A DNA stretch of 60,487 bases, from the IMG/VR virus record IMGVR_UViG_3300018481_000002, positions 87,199 through 147,685 of that record, one strand, 5' to 3'. Both the position numbers and the translations under genes were made by a program. Below the pieces are notes generated by a model. The model was not told the origin of the DNA, did no database searches, and was given only the letters and a program-made list of their open reading frames with translations. This DNA is from a virus (Duplodnaviria; Heunggongvirae; Uroviricota; Caudoviricetes). Shown here piece after piece: positions 35,001 through 44,476 of the stretch (positions are counted from its first letter, which is position 1; each line of letters begins with the position of its first letter).

Positions 35001-38000
35001 AGAGTCCATCTCCGCCTTGGAGGCTCGCGACCGAGCCTTGCAGGACGAGGCAAACGCTGTCCGGTACACCAAGCTGCCTTCTGGTGTGATGCCCGGAACT
35101 GAAGGGCAACCCATCAGTCGGCTCCGTGGGCGTAACGCCGCAGCGGACGTTCTGGGTTACGAGCTTGGTACTACAGGCGCTCAAGATGCTGCCAAGAGCC
35201 AACGACAGTTCCGTGCCGAGGCAGCGAAGGTCGAACAGGAACTGCACAAGCTTCAGCGTGAACTCGCTACGTTCAACGCCCAGTTCGACGCCAAGCCTGA
35301 CAACGTCAAGATCGACCGAAAGGCTGGCCTGTACCCCGGGCTGGTGGGTGACCTGGAAGGTGAGGCCAAGGACGCCGCTGAGGCGGTTGACCTTCTCACC
35401 AAGGAACTGCCGGGTCTGGAGAAGGCGACCGTCAACGCCCGGAACGCTGTCGCCCGCGCCGAGAAGGCCAAGTACGCCACCCCAGAGGCACGGTTCGACT
35501 ACAGGACCCAGTTGTACGCGGAGCGCGACAAGCTTCGGAAGGACCAGCCGTACACGAAGGCTGACATCTCTAAGTACCAGTCTGAGTTCGACGCTCTCGG
35601 GTTCAGCAACCAGCAGCGTGGGGCCCTGAGGGGTCAGATCACGAAGGCTGAGAAGAAGGGCGACACTGAGAGGGCCACTGCTCTGCGTGAGCAGTTGCGG
35701 ATCAGGGAGTCTGAGGTCGCTGCTGCCAGGGCGATCCTGGATCAGGCCATCAAGACCCGTGCCCGTCTTGGGCAGATCGACGCCGAGATCAAGAAGACCC
35801 TCTCCATGGATGAGGGCACGTACAAGGGCGACGAGAAGGTCGAGACTCGCACCTCCAACCGTCAGGTGGAGGATACAAACAAGCGTCTGATTGCTGCGAA
35901 GAAGAGGGAGATCGCTGCTGCGGAGGAGAACCGCAAGGCGCTCCTCCAGATCCGTGCAGACGAGAAGGCTCTCCCGAAGGGCGAGAAGCTTGCCCCTGAG
36001 GTGTCGGCTGACCGGAAGGCACGCCAGCAGCAGCCTTGGACCAAGGAGCAGCTCCGGACGATGCGTCGAGAGTTGCGTGACTTGGAGCGCGGCGGTGACG
36101 GCAGCGGGTTCGGGGGCGGTCCTGGTGGCACCGGTACGGCTGGTCGTGGCCCTGGTGGCAGCGACGGGTCGTTCAACATCCTGCGTCAGATCTTGAACCG
36201 GTTGAACGGGATCCACGCCACTCTCCGCAGTGGGTTGGGTAGCGGCACTACCAGGTCGAACGAGCCGACTAGCGCGTTCACTGGTGCTGGTGTCCGCAAG
36301 ACCGCTTCCCCTGAGGAGTTGGCGGCGGCGAAGAGCGACGACGAGGCGACGCGGTTGCGTGCTATCGCTGAGCAGCGTGCCCGTGCGCAGCGGTTTGGTG
36401 GTGCCTCTTCTGCTGAGGTCAAGGCAGCCAACGATGAGCACGCGAAGCGGATCAAGATCACCCGCGACCAGTACCGCGAGAGTCTCCGTCTGGCGCAGGC
36501 GATGGCGACTGTGTCCAAGGAGACCCGCAAGGAAGCTGAGGAACTGCACCGTCTGAACTTGGCTGGTGCAGACAACGCGACCATCGCGGCCCAGCAGGTG
36601 AGGGTCTACAACTCGGTCCAGCGGGATCTTCAGCCTCAGGATCTGCCGTTGACTGCCCGACGTGGCGTGGCGGGCACCATCATCAAGGGTGCCCAGCCTC
36701 GGGTCACTGACAACGAGATCGTTGACATCGAGAAGGCCGCCCAGTCCATGACTGGGTTCCGTGACGTGGGTGCCTCTGCTGCGGAGAACTTCCAGGACGG
36801 GTTCGCCCAGATCTTCCCCGGCAAGTCGTTCTGGTCTCGTGTCATCAACACGACGGGTACGTTCATCGTCCGTAACTTCGCTGCCGGTCTGGTCTTCGGT
36901 CTGACCAACGCGCTTCAGCAGGTGTTGGACCAGGCCATTCAGACTGAGGCGACATTCATCCGGGTGTCAGCGGCGTTGGAGTCCACCAACACTGAAGTTG
37001 GGGGCTTGCGTGGCGAGCTTCAGGCCATCTCCACTGACTACGGTGTCGCCCTCAACGACGTGTACACCACCGCTGCTGGGTTGGCTGGTCTCTTCACCGA
37101 CACTACCGAGCTGGCGGGAGCCACCCGTGTTGTCGCCCAGTTGCAGACCATTTCCGGTGGAGCCCTCAACGCTACGGAAGCTATGGGTGTCTTGGCGTCG
37201 ACACTCTCCGCGTTCCAAGCGCTCCCGGGTGATGACGTTGGAGCCAACCTTCTCCCTCAGGGCATTGAGGGCATGGAACGCGTCGCTGACGTTCTGACGG
37301 TCATCCAGAACCGGTTGGGTACCAACATTGAGGTCACCGCCGAGGGCGTCTCGCGTATGTCTGGTTTGGCCCGGCAGATGAACCTCTCCCTTGAGGAGAC
37401 CGCAGTCTTCACTGCTCAAATTTCGAAGCAGACCAACCAGACCGGTGCGGCAGCTGGTGAGCAGTTCTCTCGTATCCTCGGCGCGCTGTCCACGGGTCGT
37501 GGTCGCGGTGCAGTTGTCGAGGCGATCGGGCCCCAGGCTGAGGAGGCTCTGGCCGCTTCCGACTATGGACAGGTGTTTAGACTCATCATCTCCGGATGGG
37601 ATGACCTGTCCGACGCTCAGAAGCGCAACCTGACGGTGTCTCTTGCCGGGCAGCGACAGGCGGCCGCCTTCAACGCTTTGGTCAACAACGAAACTGCGGT
37701 CCTCAACACGTTGACCCACGCAGAGAACGCTAGTGGTGAAGCCACCGACCGTATGGCCAAGTTGATGGCCACCCTGAACAAGCAGATCGACGTCCTGGGC
37801 ACTAACCTCCAAAACCTGGCATCGAACCTGATCCGGTCTGGTCTGCTGAACTTCCTGGGCATTGTTCTGAAGCTCGCCAACGCGGTCTTCGGCACCATCA
37901 ACAACGGTCTGACTGCGATGAACGACTTCGCAGACAACAACGCCTTCGTCGGGTTCCTGCGCGACACCATCACCACGATGCTCGGATTCGCGGTGGCAGC

Positions 38001-41000
38001 GAAGCTTCTGATGACCGCCCTGAACGGCATCCGGACCACCATGGCCCAGTACCGGAAGAACCCTGCCGGGTTCACCGAGGCCATGGGTGGTCCCATGGGT
38101 GCAACCCACCGTGACCCCTTCGGTGACGCCGCCGAAAAGGAACGCCAGCGACGTACTGGGTTCGGGGCGTACGGAGCCTCTGGGGGGCCAGGGTCCCTCA
38201 CCAGGCAGGGCCAGGACATCAACCGTGCCCCCATCACGCGGGGCGTCGCGTTCGCCCTCGACAAGACCGTGGGTGCTGCCGGTACGGGGCTTGCCAGGCA
38301 GATCACCAACGTGGGCGACAAGGTTGCTGCCAGTGGTAACCGGATGTTCGCAGCCATCGGACGTGCCATCCAACGTGATGGCGCGGCTCTCGGTAACGCC
38401 GCCACAGCCTTGCGCGAAGGAACCGCTGGAGGCAGATTCGCTGGCCTCCAGAACGCTCCCAGCGGCACCTACGGCAGAACCAGCATTCGAGGTGGGCTGG
38501 ACACGTACGCCGCGAGCGGGAACAGGGGTGCAGCGGTCGCCGGGAAGTTGTCGACCAGCCTGAACAAGATGGCTGCCTCTGGTGTCGGTGCCGACGCGGC
38601 GATGATCGCACTTTCGACGGGCATCCTGGCTGTGATGTCCTCCGCCCAGAGGCACGCCCAGATCTCTCGTGAACTGGACGCTGGCTACAAGGCCTCCTTT
38701 GCTGACCCAGCCAAGGCACAGGCTGGACTCACCAACGAGGATCCGTACTTCGGAAAGAATTACGAAGCTTTCGACGAGAACTTCACCCAGTTCCTGGATC
38801 ACGCCAGCAACTGGGACAAGGGCATGGCTCTTGTTGGTGCCCGCTTCACCAACGGCATCCGAGGGTTCTTGGACCCATCCGTGGCTCTCTCGCGGGAGTT
38901 CGGTACCACCAGAGACTTCAGCGACACCTACGGGCGCGATGAGGCGCAGGCCATCAACGACAGGGCAACCGCAGGGCTGAAGAGCTTCTCTGGGAGGGAG
39001 GGCGTCACCAGTAAGGGGTTGCTGGCCTTGCAGGAGAGCTACAACCAGGAACTCATGGACGCTGCCACGCGGATCATGGAAGACAAGGAATCTTCAGACG
39101 CTCAGAAGCAGGCCGCTCTCGCCATGTTCGAGCAGGCTCGCTACAACATCGGGGAGACCACCAACAACCTGCTGAGCACGCTCGACGGTATGGGCGGCTT
39201 GATCGCGCTGACCACAGACCAGATCCAGAACATCACCGAACTTACCTCGACGCTGGCCTCGACCCAGGGCCTTACCCAGGTTGCTGGCGTGGATCTGCGT
39301 CCCACCATCGAGGCGATGATGGAGGAGACGGGTGCCCAAGAAGGGACCAGGCTCTACAGCTTGTTGGAACGTCTCGGTGAGGGAGGTAACGACTCCGTTG
39401 ACGTGGCGATCCTGAACCGTCAGATCTTGCGTGAACAGGTCAAGGAGCTCCAGAACATCTGGCTGACCAAGTTGCGTTCTGGTTCCGCTGAGCCAGATGA
39501 ACTGGACAACATCAAGAGCCAACTCCAAGGTGCCATGGCTCAACTGGCCTCCTCCAACGACCAAGTCATCGACGGACTGTTGGAGAGCGGACGTCTGATG
39601 GCTGGCGAGCAGGCCAACGCTGGCAACTTCGAAGGTGCCATGGACACCTACGCCGACGCCATGCGTGCTGCTGAGAGGAAGTTCGAGCGGAACGCCCGCA
39701 AGGTCCGCGAGGAGCAGGAGAAGCAGGGCGACTTCGCTGGCCGTGTTGGTGGGTTCCTGGGCGGCATCGGTGAGGGCCTCGGTGGGCTTGCGGACAGGCT
39801 TCGTGGGGAACGTCCCCTGCCTCAGAGGCGGCAGCGGCGGGTACAGCGGCCACCGGCAACGAGTGGTCCTGCTAGTGGTGCCGCCAGCTTCCTGGATAGT
39901 CTCCGCGACCGGCTTTCGGGTGCGGAAGATGCGCTTACCCCGGAGCCGGAGCCGCCCAACGCTCAGGAGGAGAAGAAGGGCAACGCTGAACGGCGCAAGC
40001 ACAACGCCAGGATGCAAGCCATCTTCCAGGCGATGGCTGACCTGGCGATCTTCAACGCCACCAAGGACATCACCTTGCAGATCGCGCAGACTGCTGACGC
40101 TGGCCTCCGGGCCGCTCTGGAGAGCGACAAGGCCAGGATGGTCGCTGATCTGACTGGAACCTTGGCGTCTGGTGGTGCGATCCCTGGTATCGACAAGGAT
40201 CTGGCTGAGATCTGGGGTCCGATCTCCATCGACTACAAGGAGGTCTTCGACTCGCAGGTCAACGCTGAGTCGGCTCGGGTGTCGGCGGTTCAGGCCCAAG
40301 AGGCTGCGGCTGACCAGGCCAAGGCTGATGCTGCGACGGCCCGCCAGGACGCGGCAGCCCTGCGTCAGGCTCAGCTTGGTGTGAGCCAGGCTTGGGCGGA
40401 CGCTCGTGGCGACGCTGTGGCTTCGGCCAGGGTCCAGGTGGCGATGGCGAAGGCCGCGATGGCTGCTGCCAGGGCTGAACTTGCTGCCGCTACCACCGCC
40501 TCTGAAAGCGCCCAGGCGCGTATCGCGATCCTGAGTGCCCAGGCCCAGCTGATCGGGGCTATGGCGGCGGTCCAGCAGGCTCAGACGGACCTTGTGCAGT
40601 CGCAGTATGAGGTGAGCATCGCGCTCGCTGAGGCTGCCGGTAAGACGGTCCTCGCTGCCCAGCGGAGCCTCGCGGCGGCTCGTGCAGCGTTGAGTTCGGC
40701 CATGAAGCGGTCGGGTGGCAAGGCAACCGCTGAGGTGAACGCGGCGAAGGCCGAGGTCATCCGCGCTGAGGCTGCTGCCCGTGACGCGAAGCTTCAGGAT
40801 CAGCTCGACACCATCGACTTCAACCTGGAGATGGACAAGATCACCGCATCGTCTGCCATCGCTGCGCTGCGGAACATCTTGAAGACGAACGAGCTGACCA
40901 AGGAACAGCGCCGCTCCCTCATGCTCCAGATCAAGGGCATGGAAGAGGAGATGGCGGACTCCCAGTGGAACTTCGGGAACGTCAAGCTCCCCACTCCGTA

Positions 41001-41286
41001 CCAGATGCGCCGGTATGGGGAGGAGCAGTTGAAGGCTGCTGGGGTTGCTGGGTCCGGTGGCGGCAAGCGGCCTCCGCGTCAGCGGTTCGATGACGGTGGT
41101 GTGGCGGACTTCTCCAACGGGAACAAGAACAAGAAGTTCCCCAGTGAGGTGTCCATGTCGGAGACCACTCAGAACATCAACTTCTACGTCAACGGCGCGG
41201 ACACAGCGAAGGTCAAGAAGATCATCGAGGATGTGACCGGCAAGAACAGCCGCACCGTGACCACGAGTCCCCGTAGGAGGGTCTGA
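32050..41286 (+). CDS. Tape measure protein (3078 aa)
   Basis: Ala-rich helical giant ORF after the chaperones; TMP core-like segment (TEATFIRV...STDYGVALNDV...SGALNATEAM). Confidence 0.92.
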   Translation: MASKDDFFVTFGSNAKEWAAGLEAQLKPARKSVQNLQNLLDAATKSAGGITEEMSRALGHSLPKDTRPPPATRTHVTAAQGLGELTNEVAAVVAALKTIPASVANVKRSLTQHANDLDSNNRVQQRQGAGGLFQQGKVSSAENAVNNSLNRLLKGGIDVNIPDPARLVPQMNIRSVGMDAIQKSQIDRIVKAIERQTKDLTKALKNVKVTDGPTGGGGGGGTAIAETAPLKNKTGKKPSTKKLPEVVEAEKALDARRKELVDLEKKIVGLTTAISGGAKVDSSELDKLKAQRTAKAKEVAALERLDTTITRGDQKKARRAQAAAERAAQEQKLNEARERGLSAFNTLMDPNFGIGQVGKGKGLLKGKDLRYMADVMSTVGTPVSYGKKTTNDQLVERLLAGRASHIQAYGSVPPDQLTGRIKGKPDQISKAVVKLFNDIESAIELADEQINAKAITALNTATGGGRASGIGKSRTEYGAAFFDDALPLSRGAGGLTSEVDAARNILKQLPDITGFATENLRRKKFDPYSPEMMSGVEGGGTRATAFRLLIRALRDETTRIDELVDTYADLKRSIDANDPKSIQSYLNRFDARREEGRLKATDTPEAEQDAIRRLAANQRAINDIERQYGDLFSDPKFLEGRERRRDSRMEYEERQNQGRYQLTDYDAIQQAYGQAVVGLRNAIGSRETISNLPGLRYHERGEFQGRLSPRDPRDRAISNEDLKTLNSTFSQFQRSARTVLTGVKKGETLDTKGLAQAMDFMETSANNFANKLFSLFGTGPTVEGLIGQKPTNETVIADETERLATLDKLEQERARKMKAAPAEKLARAEYTEAQTKEQLAAAKKREREVSKRLTETSALAAASYAQLTQAQKTEYDKHVALAVALEQQADAVRQQISAQSNITKQVNPQGKLEYSPNELPPSATKEQQLEREVTSDLIQQYARLKGEAGAARAAAGRAGATVTTTSVETRKMTAAERKYAAKLEESISALEARDRALQDEANAVRYTKLPSGVMPGTEGQPISRLRGRNAAADVLGYELGTTGAQDAAKSQRQFRAEAAKVEQELHKLQRELATFNAQFDAKPDNVKIDRKAGLYPGLVGDLEGEAKDAAEAVDLLTKELPGLEKATVNARNAVARAEKAKYATPEARFDYRTQLYAERDKLRKDQPYTKADISKYQSEFDALGFSNQQRGALRGQITKAEKKGDTERATALREQLRIRESEVAAARAILDQAIKTRARLGQIDAEIKKTLSMDEGTYKGDEKVETRTSNRQVEDTNKRLIAAKKREIAAAEENRKALLQIRADEKALPKGEKLAPEVSADRKARQQQPWTKEQLRTMRRELRDLERGGDGSGFGGGPGGTGTAGRGPGGSDGSFNILRQILNRLNGIHATLRSGLGSGTTRSNEPTSAFTGAGVRKTASPEELAAAKSDDEATRLRAIAEQRARAQRFGGASSAEVKAANDEHAKRIKITRDQYRESLRLAQAMATVSKETRKEAEELHRLNLAGADNATIAAQQVRVYNSVQRDLQPQDLPLTARRGVAGTIIKGAQPRVTDNEIVDIEKAAQSMTGFRDVGASAAENFQDGFAQIFPGKSFWSRVINTTGTFIVRNFAAGLVFGLTNALQQVLDQAIQTEATFIRVSAALESTNTEVGGLRGELQAISTDYGVALNDVYTTAAGLAGLFTDTTELAGATRVVAQLQTISGGALNATEAMGVLASTLSAFQALPGDDVGANLLPQGIEGMERVADVLTVIQNRLGTNIEVTAEGVSRMSGLARQMNLSLEETAVFTAQISKQTNQTGAAAGEQFSRILGALSTGRGRGAVVEAIGPQAEEALAASDYGQVFRLIISGWDDLSDAQKRNLTVSLAGQRQAAAFNALVNNETAVLNTLTHAENASGEATDRMAKLMATLNKQIDVLGTNLQNLASNLIRSGLLNFLGIVLKLANAVFGTINNGLTAMNDFADNNAFVGFLRDTITTMLGFAVAAKLLMTALNGIRTTMAQYRKNPAGFTEAMGGPMGATHRDPFGDAAEKERQRRTGFGAYGASGGPGSLTRQGQDINRAPITRGVAFALDKTVGAAGTGLARQITNVGDKVAASGNRMFAAIGRAIQRDGAALGNAATALREGTAGGRFAGLQNAPSGTYGRTSIRGGLDTYAASGNRGAAVAGKLSTSLNKMAASGVGADAAMIALSTGILAVMSSAQRHAQISRELDAGYKASFADPAKAQAGLTNEDPYFGKNYEAFDENFTQFLDHASNWDKGMALVGARFTNGIRGFLDPSVALSREFGTTRDFSDTYGRDEAQAINDRATAGLKSFSGREGVTSKGLLALQESYNQELMDAATRIMEDKESSDAQKQAALAMFEQARYNIGETTNNLLSTLDGMGGLIALTTDQIQNITELTSTLASTQGLTQVAGVDLRPTIEAMMEETGAQEGTRLYSLLERLGEGGNDSVDVAILNRQILREQVKELQNIWLTKLRSGSAEPDELDNIKSQLQGAMAQLASSNDQVIDGLLESGRLMAGEQANAGNFEGAMDTYADAMRAAERKFERNARKVREEQEKQGDFAGRVGGFLGGIGEGLGGLADRLRGERPLPQRRQRRVQRPPATSGPASGAASFLDSLRDRLSGAEDALTPEPEPPNAQEEKKGNAERRKHNARMQAIFQAMADLAIFNATKDITLQIAQTADAGLRAALESDKARMVADLTGTLASGGAIPGIDKDLAEIWGPISIDYKEVFDSQVNAESARVSAVQAQEAAADQAKADAATARQDAAALRQAQLGVSQAWADARGDAVASARVQVAMAKAAMAAARAELAAATTASESAQARIAILSAQAQLIGAMAAVQQAQTDLVQSQYEVSIALAEAAGKTVLAAQRSLAAARAALSSAMKRSGGKATAEVNAAKAEVIRAEAAARDAKLQDQLDTIDFNLEMDKITASSAIAALRNILKTNELTKEQRRSLMLQIKGMEEEMADSQWNFGNVKLPTPYQMRRYGEEQLKAAGVAGSGGGKRPPRQRFDDGGVADFSNGNKNKKFPSEVSMSETTQNINFYVNGADTAKVKKIIEDVTGKNSRTVTTSPRRRV

Positions 41287-41744
41287 TGGCAGCCCAACTG
41301 TTCCAGCGGGTGTCAGAGCACCTTTTGAACGGACGTCTGAACTTCGGGACGCACACCATCAGCGGCATCTTGATCACCACTGATGTCTCGGATGCAACGC
41401 TGAACGGGACCGGTACGCAAAGCCTTCAGGAGAGTCAGTGGATCAGCGAGTGGTCGTCGGTCATCCCCACGATGGCAGGCAACGTGGTCGACATCGGAGC
41501 CGCCATCGTCCGGACGGGTTCCGTGTTCGCCGTTACCGGCGACTCGCTCAGTGCTGACTTCGACCACCCAGGAGTCGACACCATCTACGGGGTCATCTTC
41601 TTCAGGGACTCCGGCACCACCAGCACGTCACCAGTCCTTGTCATCGAAATGTTCGATGCACCCATCGACCTGACCGGCATGATCCTGTTCGGCTACAAGC
41701 TTCCAACTGAGGGCCTTTTCGACCTGGCCCTGACTACCACCTAA
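41286..41744 (+). CDS. Tail-associated structural protein
   Basis: TGATG-coupled to the TMP; beta-rich. Confidence 0.6.
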   Translation: MAAQLFQRVSEHLLNGRLNFGTHTISGILITTDVSDATLNGTGTQSLQESQWISEWSSVIPTMAGNVVDIGAAIVRTGSVFAVTGDSLSADFDHPGVDTIYGVIFFRDSGTTSTSPVLVIEMFDAPIDLTGMILFGYKLPTEGLFDLALTTT

Positions 41745-41756
41745 GGAGAACCACAG

Positions 41757-42164
41757 ATGACTATCCGCCTCTCTATCGCGGCTCGCAACGCTGCTCTCAA
41801 CGCTGTTGCGGCACGCGTTGACAACGGGGCCTCCAACGGAACGCTGAAGATCTACACGGGTTCCCAGCCTGCTAACGCTGACACGGCGGCCTCAGGGACT
41901 TTGCTGGTCACCATCGCTCTCGCCGACCCGTCCTTCGAGTCTCCGGCAACCGGGGTGATGGCTATGGACGCGGATCCAGATCTGACCGGCACCGCTGTTG
42001 CGACTGGTACAGCTGGTTGGGCGCGAGTGGCTGACTCGGACAGCAACTCGGTCTACGACGGCACCGTGGGCACGTCAGGTGTGGACTTCACCATCAACAC
42101 CACGTCCATCGTGACCGGCCAAGTGATCACTCTGGCTACGTCTGCGTTGACCTTCCCCGTGTGA
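41757..42164 (+). CDS. Minor virion protein
   Basis: ARNAALNA...TLKIYTGSQPA...GTAGWAR pattern typical of actinophage virion proteins; AAGGAG RBS. Confidence 0.7.
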   Translation: MTIRLSIAARNAALNAVAARVDNGASNGTLKIYTGSQPANADTAASGTLLVTIALADPSFESPATGVMAMDADPDLTGTAVATGTAGWARVADSDSNSVYDGTVGTSGVDFTINTTSIVTGQVITLATSALTFPV

Positions 42165-42165
42165 G

Positions 42166-44079
42166 ATGAGCTATTCATCGGAGGTCTTGGCTGACTCCCC
42201 CGAGTTCTACTGGAGGTTGGGGGACGCTGGCCCGACCCTTCAGGACGCGACGGCGAACAACCGTGACGGCAGCATCCTCGCGTCACGGGATGTGTACTAC
42301 CCCTGGGACGGAACCACACGAACCTTCTACTACAACACCGAGCCGGAAGCTGACGGCCTGATCCCAGGGGACGCCGACAAATCCCTCTACATGAGGAGCG
42401 GTTACCTCCAAAGTGCCTTTTCCACGGGCTGGACGTTGACCGACAACTACACCTTCGAGTTTGTCTTCTCCGTGCCGCCGATCAACTACGTGGACTGGGG
42501 CGGCGGGGTCATCTCTGAGTACGAGGTCGACCAGTTCAACCTCGCGATCAACCGTAATGGTCACTGGGCTGTGTACGTGTACGGCGGTGCTAGCACCATC
42601 ACCAATGTCCGACACCAGGTGACGTGCACTGCGCTTCCTCCCCCCGCGAGCGGCTACAGCAGCGCCATGTTCGTGCTGCAGAGCGACGCGCCTGGCGCGG
42701 TGCCGAACCGGCCCTATGCGCCCCAGAGGCGGCATGTTGTTGTTCGGGTCAACGGGACCCCTGGCGTCAACTTGGCGAACCAGATCTTCATGGACGGAGT
42801 GGAACTCGCCGCAGCGTCGCCCACCCTCAAGACGAAGTGGACTGGCTACTCCGGAGCCACGAGTGTCTCCCCGTCTGTAGACAGCACGGGCCACTTCACC
42901 ATCGAAGGCAGCATGGTCTACCTCGATGAGGTCGCCTACTACCCCACTGCCCTCAGCGACGCCCGTATCCGCGCACACGCCGTCGAGATCGCCGCGAAGA
43001 TCAACGGGCCCACGCTTCTCCAGGGCACCGGTAGCGGAACCCAGGGTCAGACGAGGGCATGGACAGGTGTGGCCTCGCTGATCAACCCCGTCACCGTGAA
43101 TACGGGAACCGCCCCGAACATCGCAAGGTGGACGAACGTAGCGGACCTGCGTATCCCGGTGGAGATCTTCACTGGCACCACGGCGAACACGGCACGGTTC
43201 ACTCAGGTATCCACTCTCAGCGCAGAGCCTGTCGCGCTCTACGAGTCGACCTCCGACACTCCGCGCATCGGCCTCTCTTCGCACAGTGGGTTCGCCATTG
43301 TTCCTGCTGGCATGACCATGACGGTGCTCGATCCAGATCAGCGACGCTCCCCCACCACGTTGACCGTCGCCCTCTCTGGTGCCATCCCAGATGACATGGT
43401 GTCCTTCACTGTCAACGGCGGAACGCCTCGGCTTGTCCAAGCTGACTGGTCAGGGAACATTCCGCTCGTCAACATCGACGTCCCGAGTTCGGTGGGAGTG
43501 GGGAGCCACACGGTAGAGGCTTCCTCCGGCACTGGCGTGTACCTACGTGTCGCTGAGTCGCCGTTCACCATCGAACTGGTTCCTGAGCCGCAGTTCTTCC
43601 CGGCCCCCGACGAGGTTGTCGTAGATGTTCCTGCCGCAGCCCAGCCCACTGGTCGCAAGTGGGTGTTCCAGGACCTCATGCCTGGCGGCCTCGGTAGTTG
43701 GGTGCTGCCTCGCAACCCCAGCCAGTCGGGCCTCCCGGTGGTACGTCGAGTCCTAGAGCCGGTGCACACCACCGCCCGCACTGGGGTCCACCACATCTTC
43801 GAGTCCCGTACCGATGTGACCGAGTGGCAGTTCGGTGGGCTGGTCTGCACCCAGGAGGAACAGCAGCAACTGGAAGCGTTCGCCGCTTTGAACAGGCGTT
43901 TCTACATCATCGACCACCTGAACCGTGCTTGGGTGGCGACGATCTCCAACCTGGAAACCGTCCCGCGTCTCAGGACTCTGATCGGTTTGGCTGGAGAAGC
44001 TGCGGAACTGTCCGACTGGGTAGCCGACAACACGGTCACTGCCACCGTGTACGGCTCAACCTGGTACACCCCGACGTGA
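42166..44079 (+). CDS. Minor tail protein: LamG/ConA-like lectin domain plus distal-tail-like C-terminus
   Basis: YSSEVLADSPEFYWRLGD...LDEVAYYPTALSDARIRAH; C-terminal WVLPRNPS. Confidence 0.72.
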   Translation: MSYSSEVLADSPEFYWRLGDAGPTLQDATANNRDGSILASRDVYYPWDGTTRTFYYNTEPEADGLIPGDADKSLYMRSGYLQSAFSTGWTLTDNYTFEFVFSVPPINYVDWGGGVISEYEVDQFNLAINRNGHWAVYVYGGASTITNVRHQVTCTALPPPASGYSSAMFVLQSDAPGAVPNRPYAPQRRHVVVRVNGTPGVNLANQIFMDGVELAAASPTLKTKWTGYSGATSVSPSVDSTGHFTIEGSMVYLDEVAYYPTALSDARIRAHAVEIAAKINGPTLLQGTGSGTQGQTRAWTGVASLINPVTVNTGTAPNIARWTNVADLRIPVEIFTGTTANTARFTQVSTLSAEPVALYESTSDTPRIGLSSHSGFAIVPAGMTMTVLDPDQRRSPTTLTVALSGAIPDDMVSFTVNGGTPRLVQADWSGNIPLVNIDVPSSVGVGSHTVEASSGTGVYLRVAESPFTIELVPEPQFFPAPDEVVVDVPAAAQPTGRKWVFQDLMPGGLGSWVLPRNPSQSGLPVVRRVLEPVHTTARTGVHHIFESRTDVTEWQFGGLVCTQEEQQQLEAFAALNRRFYIIDHLNRAWVATISNLETVPRLRTLIGLAGEAAELSDWVADNTVTATVYGSTWYTPT

Positions 44080-44089
44080 GGAGGAACCG

Positions 44090-44476
44090 ATGAGTGTTGT
44101 TCGTTGGACCCTCACCGAGAAGGGCACCGCGACCACGTGGACGATGCCGTTGAACCCCAACGAGATGACGGCGCTTCCCGTGGTGAAGAACCTGCTCACC
44201 GTGAGCACACCGCAACAGCCTTTTCCGGCGACGTTCATGGGACAGCCCAACGCCCAGGAGATCTCTTGGGGTGGGGTGATTCTGACCCAGTCGCACTACG
44301 ACAACCTGGTGCTCTGGTCGCGTAAGCCTGGTGTGATCGTGGTCGAAGACCATCTTGGACGGTCGTTTGAAGTTCTGATCATCAGCTTTGAACCCGATCC
44401 TCCTCCAGGACGCGCGGCTGACGATCTCAAGCAGAAGTACACGATCACGGCCCTCTTTCTTCGGAGACTGACATGA
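44090..44476 (+). CDS. Distal tail-like protein
   Basis: WTMPLNPNEM motif resembling the C-terminal domain of the previous gene. Confidence 0.6.
   Translation: MSVVRWTLTEKGTATTWTMPLNPNEMTALPVVKNLLTVSTPQQPFPATFMGQPNAQEISWGGVILTQSHYDNLVLWSRKPGVIVVEDHLGRSFEVLIISFEPDPPPGRAADDLKQKYTITALFLRRLT

Noticed and set aside
33280-38802. Long antisense ORFs (1089 aa and 611 aa) opposite the TMP, and similar ones opposite TerL, MCP, MTP and tail genes
   Set aside because: Shadow frames typical of high-GC coding DNA; no RBS or motifs
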